26,425 bases of DNA from a virus. Its lineage: Duplodnaviria; Caudoviricetes. The stretch covers positions 1-26,425 of the IMG/VR virus record IMGVR_UViG_3300033555_000020; one strand, given 5' to 3'. The notes below the pieces were generated by a model. The model ran no database searches. It was not told the origin of the DNA and saw only the letters and a program-made list of their open reading frames with translations. Shown here in pieces: positions 17,466 through 25,350 of the stretch (the stretch's first letter is position 1; each line of letters starts with the position of its first letter). The position numbers and the translations under genes were made by a program.

Positions 17466-17681
17466 CTACTTCTTGGCTCTGCGCCCGCCGCCGAACATCA
17501 ACACGTTCGAGGCGGGCGCAGTGCTGTGCACGTCGTGGTCCGCGTGGAAGATGCAGCAGCGCCCGAAGTCGCCGCCCTTCTCGCGCGGGATGAAGGCGTG
17601 GCTCTTCGGAGTCACACGCTGGGTGTTGAACCGGGCGACGGCGTTCCTGTCCACAGGCCGAGTCTCGCTCAGGCCGGTCAC
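17466..17681 (-). CDS. Small hypothetical protein
   Basis: Fills the gap convergent with 17095-17463; GC3-rich on the minus strand; CCIFHADHDVH cluster. Confidence 0.5.
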   Translation of the reverse strand: MTGLSETRPVDRNAVARFNTQRVTPKSHAFIPREKGGDFGRCCIFHADHDVHSTAPASNVLMFGGGRRAKK

Positions 17682-17702
17682 AGCAGGGGGGAGACTCGCC
17701 GG

Positions 17703-18686
17703 GTGACCGCCTACGACGACGTCCTAGCTCGCAGGGCAGCAGCTGCAGGCCCAGCCGGCATGGACGGCGGCAGCGGCTACTTCGCAGCTCGAGCCACCGG
17801 CCTGGATCCCGCGCTGTTCGAGCTGGGAGACCACCTGCGTCCTGAGGTGCGCCTGCACATCCTGAGCACGCTCTACAGCTTCTGGGAGCGGCTGTACCAC
17901 GCCCCGAAGGAGTGGTCGACGGCCTGGATCGCCGGCAGCGGCATCACGACGGCCTGGAACGCTGACCGCGAGGGTGGGAACGCACCCGGCGACCTCGACG
18001 TCCTCATCGGCGTCGACTACGCAGCCTTCTACCGCTTCAACCCCGACTACCAGGGCAACAGCGAGCACGCGCTGGCACACCACTTCAACCAGCAGATGCA
18101 CGACCAGCTCTGGAACAGCACCGACCACACCCGCATCAACGGAAGCACGTACGAGCTGACGTTCTACGTCAACCCCGGTGGCACCGACATCCGCGACATC
18201 AACCCCTACGCAGCGTACGACGTCAGCCACGACCTCTGGACCGTGCACCCCGTTGCGGTGCCAAAAGGCTTCAGCGAGCAGTACTTTCGCGCCGACGAGC
18301 GAGCAGCTGTCAGCGGTGACACGCGACGCGCAGCGGACATCCTCGCGACCTTCGAGAAGTACCGGCAGCAGCTCGTCGACGTGCACCCGCACGACCCTCG
18401 CTACCGCAACGTGGCGGCCGCGCTGCATCAGAGCGTGCGCGAGGGCGCGGACCTGTTCGACGTCATCCACAACGGCCGGCACGCCGCCTTCGCGCCCGGC
18501 GGCAAGGGCTACTTCGACTTCGCGAACTACCGCTGGCAGGGTGGCAAGGCATCCGGCGCGGTCAACGCGATGCGCAAGCTGAAGCAGCTCGACGAGGCTG
18601 CACACCGCGACCTTGGGATGCCCTGCGGCGACGCCGGGCACCTCGCACTCATCGGCTCGTTGGCCAACGGAGGAGGACGACGGTGA
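17703..18686 (+). CDS. Pol-beta superfamily nucleotidyltransferase
   Basis: WIAGSG...GDLDVLIGVD (hGS...DhD) and a later ELTFYVN strand carrying a candidate third acidic residue. Start reassigned to GTG 17703 (GGGGAG upstream). Confidence 0.75.
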   Translation: MTAYDDVLARRAAAAGPAGMDGGSGYFAARATGLDPALFELGDHLRPEVRLHILSTLYSFWERLYHAPKEWSTAWIAGSGITTAWNADREGGNAPGDLDVLIGVDYAAFYRFNPDYQGNSEHALAHHFNQQMHDQLWNSTDHTRINGSTYELTFYVNPGGTDIRDINPYAAYDVSHDLWTVHPVAVPKGFSEQYFRADERAAVSGDTRRAADILATFEKYRQQLVDVHPHDPRYRNVAAALHQSVREGADLFDVIHNGRHAAFAPGGKGYFDFANYRWQGGKASGAVNAMRKLKQLDEAAHRDLGMPCGDAGHLALIGSLANGGGRR

Positions 18687-19327
18687 CCCTGTCTCCGCAG
18701 CAGTTCCCACCAGCACGGCTGTTCCACGGCTCCAGGCACGACCTGGACGGGCACACCCTGACGCCAGGCCGGCGCATGGGCGCGACGCAGAGCGACGTCA
18801 ACAAGCCGTACGGCCAGAGCGCCAAGGACTGGGTCAGCGCGACCGCTGAAGAGCACCACGCGTGGCACCTTGCGGCCTACCAGGGGCATGGCCCTGGATC
18901 CGGCCGCGCGCGTGTGCACGAGGTCGAGCCGACGCCGCAGACCCAGATGGGTGTCGAGCACGACGACCACCCGGTCATGGAGAGGGCCTACAAGGAGCAG
19001 TGGTTCCGCAAGCCCGCCAACCACGCGGAGTGGGTCGCGCCGAGCTTCAGGGTCAAGGACACGCACTACATGGCCCCCGGCAACCAGGGCGCGCTGATCG
19101 GCGTCGACTGGAACGACGTCCGCGGTCGGGTGAAGCCCGGTGGGTTCACTTACGACGAGAACCTCAAGCAGCCAACGCAACTCGACCATGCTCACCGCAA
19201 GGCGCTGATCGAGCACCACGACCGTGAGGCCATGGGTGACCCGAAGACCGGGGACGCGCGCAAGGCGCTGGTCGCGAGCCGGCCACGTCCACCCGTGCTG
19301 AACCCGGCACAGCAGGCTCTCTGGTGA
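18683..19327 (+). CDS. Arr-like ADP-ribosyltransferase fold protein
   Basis: LFHGSRHDL...LTPG, WVSATAEEHHAWHLA and GRARVHEVEP parallel Arr FYHGT..L...L.PG / YFT...A / RVY.VEP. Confidence 0.65.
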   Translation: MTLSPQQFPPARLFHGSRHDLDGHTLTPGRRMGATQSDVNKPYGQSAKDWVSATAEEHHAWHLAAYQGHGPGSGRARVHEVEPTPQTQMGVEHDDHPVMERAYKEQWFRKPANHAEWVAPSFRVKDTHYMAPGNQGALIGVDWNDVRGRVKPGGFTYDENLKQPTQLDHAHRKALIEHHDREAMGDPKTGDARKALVASRPRPPVLNPAQQALW

Positions 19328-19521
19328 GCGCTCTCGACCACCTGGGTCAGCAGTTCGTGCCGAAGACCCTGAAGGCGCAGGAGTACCCCACGAAGAACCG
19401 CTGGACCGTCAAGGGTGGCCTGCCTGACACCGCTGCCGCCACCAAGTCCCTGTCTCGCTCCGCGGGGATCAACTCAGTGCTGCTGGCGCGGCGCACCGGC
19501 ACGACACCGAGCGACAACTGA
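19324..19521 (+). CDS. Small hypothetical protein (N-terminal LGQQF tag)
   Basis: GTGA and TGATG coupling on both sides. Confidence 0.65.
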   Translation: MSALDHLGQQFVPKTLKAQEYPTKNRWTVKGGLPDTAAATKSLSRSAGINSVLLARRTGTTPSDN

Positions 19522-19760
19522 TGCCTGCCCCTGCCAGACAGCTCTGCGCCGGCTCGAGCCGGCAGCTCATGACCGACGCCGCAGCCACCGTGGAGTGCCC
19601 CTCGTGCCTCAAGTCCTTCAGCTCGTTCGAGACCACGAAGAACAGGGCGCAGCGATGCCCCATCGTGCCGTCTCACCTCCCCGACCTCGCTGGCCGCGCG
19701 AAGGTCGAGACCGCCACCATGAAGCGCAAGACCAGCTCGGCCACGCCGCGCCCCTACTGA
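19521..19760 (+). CDS. Small Zn-ribbon protein
   Basis: CAGS...CPSC...VPSH; translationally coupled to the upstream gene. Confidence 0.6.
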   Translation: MPAPARQLCAGSSRQLMTDAAATVECPSCLKSFSSFETTKNRAQRCPIVPSHLPDLAGRAKVETATMKRKTSSATPRPY

Positions 19761-19783
19761 GGCTTGTCACCGAGAGGTGCCGC

Positions 19784-19945
19784 ATGGACACCCGCGAGGT
19801 CTACGTCCGCTTCCTGCAGGTGGCCAGCGAGGCGCACGAGCGCGCGACGTGCGAGCAGCGCAGGTTCATCAGGCAGCTCGCCGCGCAGCAGCTCAGCGTC
19901 GAGGAGAACATCGACGGCATCGAGCGCATCATGGGCTGGACATGA
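19784..19945 (+). CDS. Small hypothetical protein
   Basis: GAGG upstream; MDTREVYVRF...; ATGA overlap with the next gene. Confidence 0.55.
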   Translation: MDTREVYVRFLQVASEAHERATCEQRRFIRQLAAQQLSVEENIDGIERIMGWT

Positions 19946-20421
19946 GCACCACGGTGATGGCCCTCGAGGGCGTGCTCTGCGGCCGCCACGACGAGCCGGT
20001 CGACCTTGTCACCGAACAGCCCGTGCCCGCGGCGTTGGCGCTGTTCCACGGCCTGCAGCGCACCGGCAAGATCGTGCTGGCCAGCTCGCAGGAGCGGCGG
20101 CTCGTAGAGCACTGGTGCCGCAACAACGGCATCTCTGGCTACGCCAGCGTCGTCCCGCTCAACGAGCGCTCCGTGACCTCGCTGCGCGCCAACGGCGAGG
20201 ACGTCGGGCTGTACATCGACGCCGACCCCGAGCGCGCAGCCGGCGCGCTGCGCCACGGCGTGCCGACGCTGCTGTTCACGCGTCCGCTGTACGCCCGCGC
20301 CGGCCACCGCCCTGACCTGCCGCAGCTGCAGCGCCCCTGGGCGAGCGTGGTGGCCGAAGCCAAGGCCCAGCGCTCCGCGCGCGGCGCGCACGTCCCTGCC
20401 GACACGACCCACGAGGACTGA
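19942..20421 (+). CDS. HAD-fold protein with degenerate motif I
   Basis: TVMALEGVL (cf. hhhDxDGxL), IVLASS (motif II), LYIDADP (motif IV), GVPTLLF. Confidence 0.6.
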   Translation: MSTTVMALEGVLCGRHDEPVDLVTEQPVPAALALFHGLQRTGKIVLASSQERRLVEHWCRNNGISGYASVVPLNERSVTSLRANGEDVGLYIDADPERAAGALRHGVPTLLFTRPLYARAGHRPDLPQLQRPWASVVAEAKAQRSARGAHVPADTTHED

Positions 20422-20424
20422 GCC

Positions 20425-20814
20425 ATGGACGACCTCGACGACCTCGACGCCTTCGTGCAGCAGCGCCTCAAGGAGTTCAAGCAGGGGGCGAGCCGGCCGG
20501 CGCACACCAGCACGGCCGCCGCCGGCTTCAACTACGTGCACCCGCAGGACCGCCCCCTGGCGGTGCGCAAGATCGTGCACGAGGACACGACGACGCTCTC
20601 CTCGAGCACGCCGCTCTACACGCACCAGCAGCGACTGGTGGCCGGCACGCTCGACTACCTGCGCGACCACGCTGCGCCGAAGGACGCACCGATGCCGATG
20701 GTGCGCGTGCACCCCGACGGCCGGCACTGGGTGATGGACGGCCATCACCGCCTCACGGTCGCCCGCGAGCAGGGCAAGAGCCTCAAGGTGCAGCGCCAGC
20801 GCATGGGCTACTAG
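20425..20814 (+). CDS. ParB/Srx-like domain protein
   Basis: LYTHQ...PMVRVHPDGRHWVMDGHHRL..AREQG. Confidence 0.75.
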   Translation: MDDLDDLDAFVQQRLKEFKQGASRPAHTSTAAAGFNYVHPQDRPLAVRKIVHEDTTTLSSSTPLYTHQQRLVAGTLDYLRDHAAPKDAPMPMVRVHPDGRHWVMDGHHRLTVAREQGKSLKVQRQRMGY

Positions 20815-20916
20815 CTGCCCTGCTCGTGACAAGTGCAACGCACTCGTACAGATGCGTGTTACGCTCCTTGAGAGCGCCGGCACATGGCCTGGCGCACAAC
20901 CACTCGGAGCACTCAC

Positions 20917-21738
20917 ATGGCGCGCAACCAGATCACCTACAGCTACGGCTCGGTCTACGGCACCACCGACCTCACCGTCGACGTGCTGGCGTGGCGTCAC
21001 GAGGGCCGCTACCGCGTGCGCGTCGACGGTGCCGCCGGCGCAGGCACCCTGGTCGTGCCCCAGAACGTCTTCGCGACCATCAGCAAGGACACCTCGTTCA
21101 GCAGCCGCGAGGAGTGGCGGCTGCACCTCGACAGCGAGGTGCCCGGCGACGCCGGCACCGGCCACCGGACGTTCGGCGACGCCATCCACGCCGCTGCGCT
21201 GCAGGCATGGTTCATCGTCGGCAACTCACGTCAGGTCGCCGAGGAGCAGCACGCTGCTGTCGTTGCTCGCGAGGTCGCTTCCCGCGAGAAGCGTGACGAC
21301 GAGTCGTACGCCGGGCACGCCCTGCGCAACGGTGGCTCCCTGCTCGAGCGCATCGAGCGCCGGGTCGCTGTGTCCAACGAGGTTGCGCCCGTCCCCTACC
21401 AGCACGTCATCATCAGCCAGGGTCACCGCGCTGACGTCGCGCCCGCGGTCATCAGCAGCGTGCTGAGCGAGTTGCTGCGGGCGCTGCGCGCCGAGCTGAT
21501 CGTCGGACCGGTCGTCGAGTACCGCTGGGCAGACGCCGACGACACGCTGACCTTCACTGTGCAGGCCGGCTACTGGAGTCGCCAGGACGCCCAGCGCGCG
21601 CAGGACGTGCTCGTGGCCGGTGTCAGCCACCTGCAGCAGGCCAGCGTCCGACGCAGCAACCTCGTGCCGCACGCCGACGCCAGCAACGTCGAGTTCGCTG
21701 CCACCATCGCCGACAACGCGTACCGCGCGCGCACCTAG
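20917..21738 (+). CDS. Hypothetical protein
   Basis: GGAG RBS at 20906-20909; long ORF with coding-like codon usage. Confidence 0.75.
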   Translation: MARNQITYSYGSVYGTTDLTVDVLAWRHEGRYRVRVDGAAGAGTLVVPQNVFATISKDTSFSSREEWRLHLDSEVPGDAGTGHRTFGDAIHAAALQAWFIVGNSRQVAEEQHAAVVAREVASREKRDDESYAGHALRNGGSLLERIERRVAVSNEVAPVPYQHVIISQGHRADVAPAVISSVLSELLRALRAELIVGPVVEYRWADADDTLTFTVQAGYWSRQDAQRAQDVLVAGVSHLQQASVRRSNLVPHADASNVEFAATIADNAYRART

Positions 21739-21744
21739 ACCATC

Positions 21745-21786
21745 CCGCCCACGCCCGTCACCTTCGAGGTGGCGGGCATGAGGCGG
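21745..21786 (+). terminator. GC-rich hairpin / putative terminator
   Basis: GCCCGTCACC-TTCGA-GGTGGCGGGC stem with outer CCGCC/GGCGG pairing, right after the stop codon. No U-tract. Confidence 0.5.
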
Positions 21787-21821
21787 TAGCAGGACCCACT
21801 CGGCACATCACAAGGAGCACC

Positions 21822-22043
21822 GTGAAGATCATCCGCTTCAACCGGGACAGCGCGAACGAGGTCATCAAGACCGGACTCACCCTCGAGGAGGCGCAGGAGC
21901 ACTGCCGGCGCGAGGACACCCACGGTGAGGGCTGGTTCGACGGCTACGAGGACGAGGACGTGGACCGCGACTTCATCGAAGAGGAGAAGCAGGAGCTGGT
22001 GCTGCGCGAGGGCGTCAAGATGGTCAACCGCTTCTTCTGCTAG
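21822..22043 (+). CDS. Small phage protein
   Basis: AAGGAG RBS; KIIRF...GLTLEEAQEHC...WFDGY. Confidence 0.8.
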   Translation: MKIIRFNRDSANEVIKTGLTLEEAQEHCRREDTHGEGWFDGYEDEDVDRDFIEEEKQELVLREGVKMVNRFFC

Positions 22044-22056
22044 CTCAGCACGACCC

Positions 22057-22096
22057 GGCAGCCGGCATCCCTCACGGGGTGTCGGCTGTTGCCGTT
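22057..22096 (+). terminator. Putative terminator hairpin
   Basis: 15-bp stem GGCAGCCGGCATCCC / GGGGTGTCGGCTGTT (with G-U pairs) and a TCAC loop. Confidence 0.6.
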
Positions 22097-22133
22097 GGAG
22101 ACTGACCGCCGGACTACGACTCGGGGAGCGACC

Positions 22134-23630
22134 TTGACCACGATCTACCACCTCGGTGGTGAGCAGGCCGGCTGGCGCACCATGCTCGCCGACAACGGCA
22201 TCGAGAACGTCGGGATGAGCTACTGGTCCTGGCGCAAGCGGCTCCCGCGGCGCGGGGTCGACATCGCCAGCTACGGCTTCACCGGCGTGCTGCTGGAGAG
22301 CGGCGGCTACCAGGCGAACAACCTGCCGGCCGACAAGCAGCTCAGCCAGCGCGAGTGGCGGGAGTACGGCGACGAGTACGCCGACTTCGTGCTCGAGCAC
22401 CTCGACGACCTGACGATGTTCACCGAGTTCGACTGCCTGGCGCTCGGGCCGGCGTACGTCGCCGAGCAGCGCCGGCAGGTCTGGAGCCAGGTCGACCCCG
22501 ACAAGTTCCTGCCGGTCTGGCACCCGCAGCAGGGGCTGCAGGCCCTCGAGGAGCTGGGCGAGCAGTACCCCCGCATCGCCATCAGCGAGGCCGCCATCAC
22601 CGGGCAGGGGCTCAACGTCACGCCGCAGCTCAACGCGCTCGCGCGCAAGGGCGTGAAGCTGCACGGCATCGCCATGACCAAGCCGACCGTGCTGCGCCAG
22701 GTCGCCTTCAGCACCGCCGCGTCCACCAGTTGGCTCAGCCCGATGCGCTTCGGCGACACGCTGGTCTGGGACAACGGCCAGCTCGTCCGCTACCCGATGA
22801 AGATGAAGCAGCAGGCCCGGATGCGACACCAGGCGCTGTTCGAGCGCGAGGGCTTCGACGTGCAGAAGCTGCTCGAAGACGACAAGGACGAGGTCACCCG
22901 GCTGTCCCTGTGGGCCTGGAGGCAGCAGGAACAGGCCCTGAAGCAGCTTCGTAGCAACAACGAGGTCGACGCCGTGGAGCGGCCGCAGACGACAACGACG
23001 GCTCTGGCAGTTGTAACGCAGGGCGATGACGACGGGAAGCCTGAGGTGGTCCGTCCCGCCCTCCACGAGCGCACCACAGACGAGCTTCGAACCCTGCCCA
23101 TGTTCGGTTCCAGGACCGTCAAGGCGATGAACCAGGAGAGCCGCGAGGTCGAGGACATCGAGGTGCTCGAGGTCCGCGGCACGAGCGCGCGGCGCTGCGA
23201 CACCTGCGTCATCAAGGACCGCTGCCCCGAGTTCAAGCCCGCCACGACCTGCGCCTACAGCATCCCCACGAGCGTGAAGACCAAGGAGCAGCGGGCTGCG
23301 TTCCTCACCGGCATGATCGAGCTGCAAGCGCAGCGCGTGCAGTTCATGACGCTCGTCGAGCAGGTCAACGGCGGCTACCCGGACCCGAACCTGAGCCAGG
23401 AGTACGACCGCATGCTGAAGGCCATCCAGGTGCAGGCCGACCTGGAGGACAACCGCGACTTCCTCAAGATCAGCGTCGAGGCCCGCGGCAAGACGGGAGC
23501 GCTCAGCCGGCTGTTCGGCAGCGCGCCGGCACCTCGAGACCTGCAGCAGGGACAGCAGCTCGACCAGTCCGGTGTCGACGTCGTCGCGCAGCGCATTCTC
23601 GAGGGAAAGCCGGTCACCAGCCGCCGTTAG
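22134..23630 (+). CDS. TGT/DpdA-like TIM-barrel protein fused to a Cys4 plus helical C-terminal domain
   Basis: LLESGGYQ (cf. TGT DSGGYQ), Y.DF, EFD, FLPVWH, KLHG, STAASTSW...RFG; C-terminal C-x2-C-x5-C-x8-C. TTG start with GGGGAG RBS. Confidence 0.7.
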   Translation: MTTIYHLGGEQAGWRTMLADNGIENVGMSYWSWRKRLPRRGVDIASYGFTGVLLESGGYQANNLPADKQLSQREWREYGDEYADFVLEHLDDLTMFTEFDCLALGPAYVAEQRRQVWSQVDPDKFLPVWHPQQGLQALEELGEQYPRIAISEAAITGQGLNVTPQLNALARKGVKLHGIAMTKPTVLRQVAFSTAASTSWLSPMRFGDTLVWDNGQLVRYPMKMKQQARMRHQALFEREGFDVQKLLEDDKDEVTRLSLWAWRQQEQALKQLRSNNEVDAVERPQTTTTALAVVTQGDDDGKPEVVRPALHERTTDELRTLPMFGSRTVKAMNQESREVEDIEVLEVRGTSARRCDTCVIKDRCPEFKPATTCAYSIPTSVKTKEQRAAFLTGMIELQAQRVQFMTLVEQVNGGYPDPNLSQEYDRMLKAIQVQADLEDNRDFLKISVEARGKTGALSRLFGSAPAPRDLQQGQQLDQSGVDVVAQRILEGKPVTSRR

Positions 23631-23636
23631 GAGTTA

Positions 23637-23837
23637 CTACGAAACGCGTCGGGACCGCGGTTTCGTACGTGTCCGTGCCGGCGGCACCGCGGCGACGTCG
23701 CGGAGCAGGCGCTCGACGAGGATGTGGTGGGCACCGCAGTGCGGTCGGCTGCGCCCGTCACGGCCCTCGATGAGCATCATCCCGTCGCGCAGATCGCACT
23801 CTGGCCAGCTGCAGCGCCGGCGGGACTGGGGCTTCAC
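23637..23837 (-). CDS. Small Zn-finger-like protein
   Basis: CSWPEC...CGAH; GTGA overlap with the upstream minus gene. Confidence 0.55.
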   Translation of the reverse strand: MKPQSRRRCSWPECDLRDGMMLIEGRDGRSRPHCGAHHILVERLLRDVAAVPPARTRTKPRSRRVS

Positions 23838-23905
23838 GACAGGGCGAAGAGGATGAAGGCGGCCAGCACCAGGCCGAGCAGGACGAGCAGCAGGAGCGCG
23901 GTCAC
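23834..23905 (-). CDS. 23-aa membrane peptide
   Basis: MTALLLLVLLGLVLAAFILFALS; GTGA overlaps at both ends. Confidence 0.55.
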   Translation of the reverse strand: MTALLLLVLLGLVLAAFILFALS

Positions 23906-24249
23906 TCCTCGGCCTGGTGCTGGAAGTGCCCGCAGGGCCAGGCGACCGAGACCATCCCGGTGTTCTCGGACTCGGGGGCGGGGTCGACACCGACCTGCAG
24001 CGTCTGGATCGGCTCGCGGCACACCACGCAGATCGGGGATCCCGCGAGCGCGAGGTGCTCGGGGTGCTGGGCGTAGTGCTCGCTGGCCGCCGCCACGCCG
24101 ATGCCCAGGAGGGGCATGAACATCCCGATCACCTCGGGCGAGTCGTCGCCGGGCCAGGACCGCTCGGTCTCCATGAACGTCATCTTGAGGATCGTCAGGG
24201 CCTTCGCGCGGACGGTCTCGAAGATGTCCATCGGGGTGGGGTCGGGCAT
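23902..24249 (-). CDS. Hypothetical protein with Zn-binding motif
   Basis: CVVC...PCGH; coupled to its neighbours. Confidence 0.7.
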   Translation of the reverse strand: MPDPTPMDIFETVRAKALTILKMTFMETERSWPGDDSPEVIGMFMPLLGIGVAAASEHYAQHPEHLALAGSPICVVCREPIQTLQVGVDPAPESENTGMVSVAWPCGHFQHQAEE

Positions 24250-24593
24250 CAGAAGTCTCCAGTGGGGGTCAGCGGCTCAGGGTTGCGGTCGAGGTCGCCG
24301 GGCTTGAACCAGACGGGGTTGGGCTGCTTGCTGCCGGCGGGCCGGCCGAACAGCGACGCGTACAGCTCGTCGACGGCCAGGCGCACAGCGACGCGACCGC
24401 GCGGGTACTCCTCGTCGGGCTCGTCGACGACGCTGACGACCGTGCCGAGGCGGCCGGCGAAGCGGGCGTCCTGCACGTCCTCGTGCACCTGGACTCGGCG
24501 GCCCTTGCGGAAGCGGACGTTGAGCGGGGCTGGCTTCCCGCGCCCGGTCCTGACGGGCACCGCGGGAGCGCGGCGTCGTACGACGGTCATCAT
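24249..24593 (-). CDS. SH3/KOW-like beta-barrel protein
   Basis: FRKGRRVQV...AGRLGTVV..V...VAVRL...WFKPGDL; GGAG RBS. Confidence 0.65.
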   Translation of the reverse strand: MMTVVRRRAPAVPVRTGRGKPAPLNVRFRKGRRVQVHEDVQDARFAGRLGTVVSVVDEPDEEYPRGRVAVRLAVDELYASLFGRPAGSKQPNPVWFKPGDLDRNPEPLTPTGDF

Positions 24594-24630
24594 GTTGCTC
24601 CAGTGATCGTGCTCCGAGTGAGGCCGAATC

Positions 24631-24795
24631 CTAGACCGACAGGGAGCGCCAGGTCCGCAGGCAACGCCGGCATGTCAGCGTGCGGGCAGAGACGAAGGTC
24701 GGGAAGCTGTGGTTCAGCACCAGGCAGGTCGGCTCGAGCAGCAACCGGTGCACCAGGCTGCGCCTCGGTGCGGGAGCTACCAGCGGGACGGTCAC
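24631..24795 (-). CDS. Small hypothetical protein
   Basis: C...H...CRRC; GTGA overlap with the upstream HNH-like gene. Confidence 0.5.
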   Translation of the reverse strand: MTVPLVAPAPRRSLVHRLLLEPTCLVLNHSFPTFVSARTLTCRRCLRTWRSLSV

Positions 24796-25100
24796 CGCCC
24801 GGCCATCGCGTCGGTGAACCAGTTCTCGGCCGTGACCGCGAGCTGCTTGGCGCGGGCCGGGACCGGCATGAGCGGCCTCTTGCGCTCGCCGAGCAGCCAG
24901 TACAGCCAGGCGTGGACGCTGTCGTGGCAGGTGCCGCACAGCCAGATCAGCTCCGGGAGGCGGATCCCGCCGAAGGCGCGGTTCTGCAGGTACACCGGGT
25001 AGACGTGGTGCCCCTGGGTGATGACCGGGACGCTGGAGCCGTGGTCGCGGTACAGCGCGCACGGCTTGTCGAGGGAGCTGGCGGTGGTGGGCTGGGTCAT
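24792..25100 (-). CDS. HNH-like nuclease (short, Zn-type)
   Basis: GHHVYP...GG...LIWLCGTCHDSVH. Confidence 0.7.
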   Translation of the reverse strand: MTQPTTASSLDKPCALYRDHGSSVPVITQGHHVYPVYLQNRAFGGIRLPELIWLCGTCHDSVHAWLYWLLGERKRPLMPVPARAKQLAVTAENWFTDAMAGR

Positions 25101-25152
25101 GCGCCCATCGTTGTGCTCGCAGGCTGCTGCAGCGCTGAGACGAGCTTGGCCT

Positions 25153-25350
25153 CTACAGCTCCTCGACCACGAAGTACTTGACCAGCTCGAGGGCGGGCGG
25201 GGACAACGTGAAGCTCTGCACCGAGCCGTTGGGCATGACTGCGCTGCAGGACACCTCCAGCTCTCCAGGTTCGACACCGACGTACTCGCACGCCTCGAGC
25301 ACCAGTGCGTGCAGCACCGGGCCGAGCTTCACAAGCTGCTGCGGCGTCAC
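25153..25350 (-). CDS. Small hypothetical protein
   Basis: GTG 25350 overlaps the TGA of the upstream ORF; GC3-rich. Confidence 0.5.
   Translation of the reverse strand: MTPQQLVKLGPVLHALVLEACEYVGVEPGELEVSCSAVMPNGSVQSFTLSPPALELVKYFVVEEL

Noticed and set aside
17703-18686. CBASS CD-NTase defence operon
   Set aside because: No recognisable Cap effector or Cap2/Cap3 genes nearby; the GS/DxD motif alone does not specify a cyclase.
18683-19327. Bona fide rifampicin resistance gene arr
   Set aside because: Only fold-level motif similarity; a key motif differs and the protein has extra extensions.
22134-23630. Complete 7-deazaguanine DNA modification pathway
   Set aside because: No queC/queD/queE/folE in the window and the catalytic Asp residues appear substituted; kept only as a TGT-like finding.
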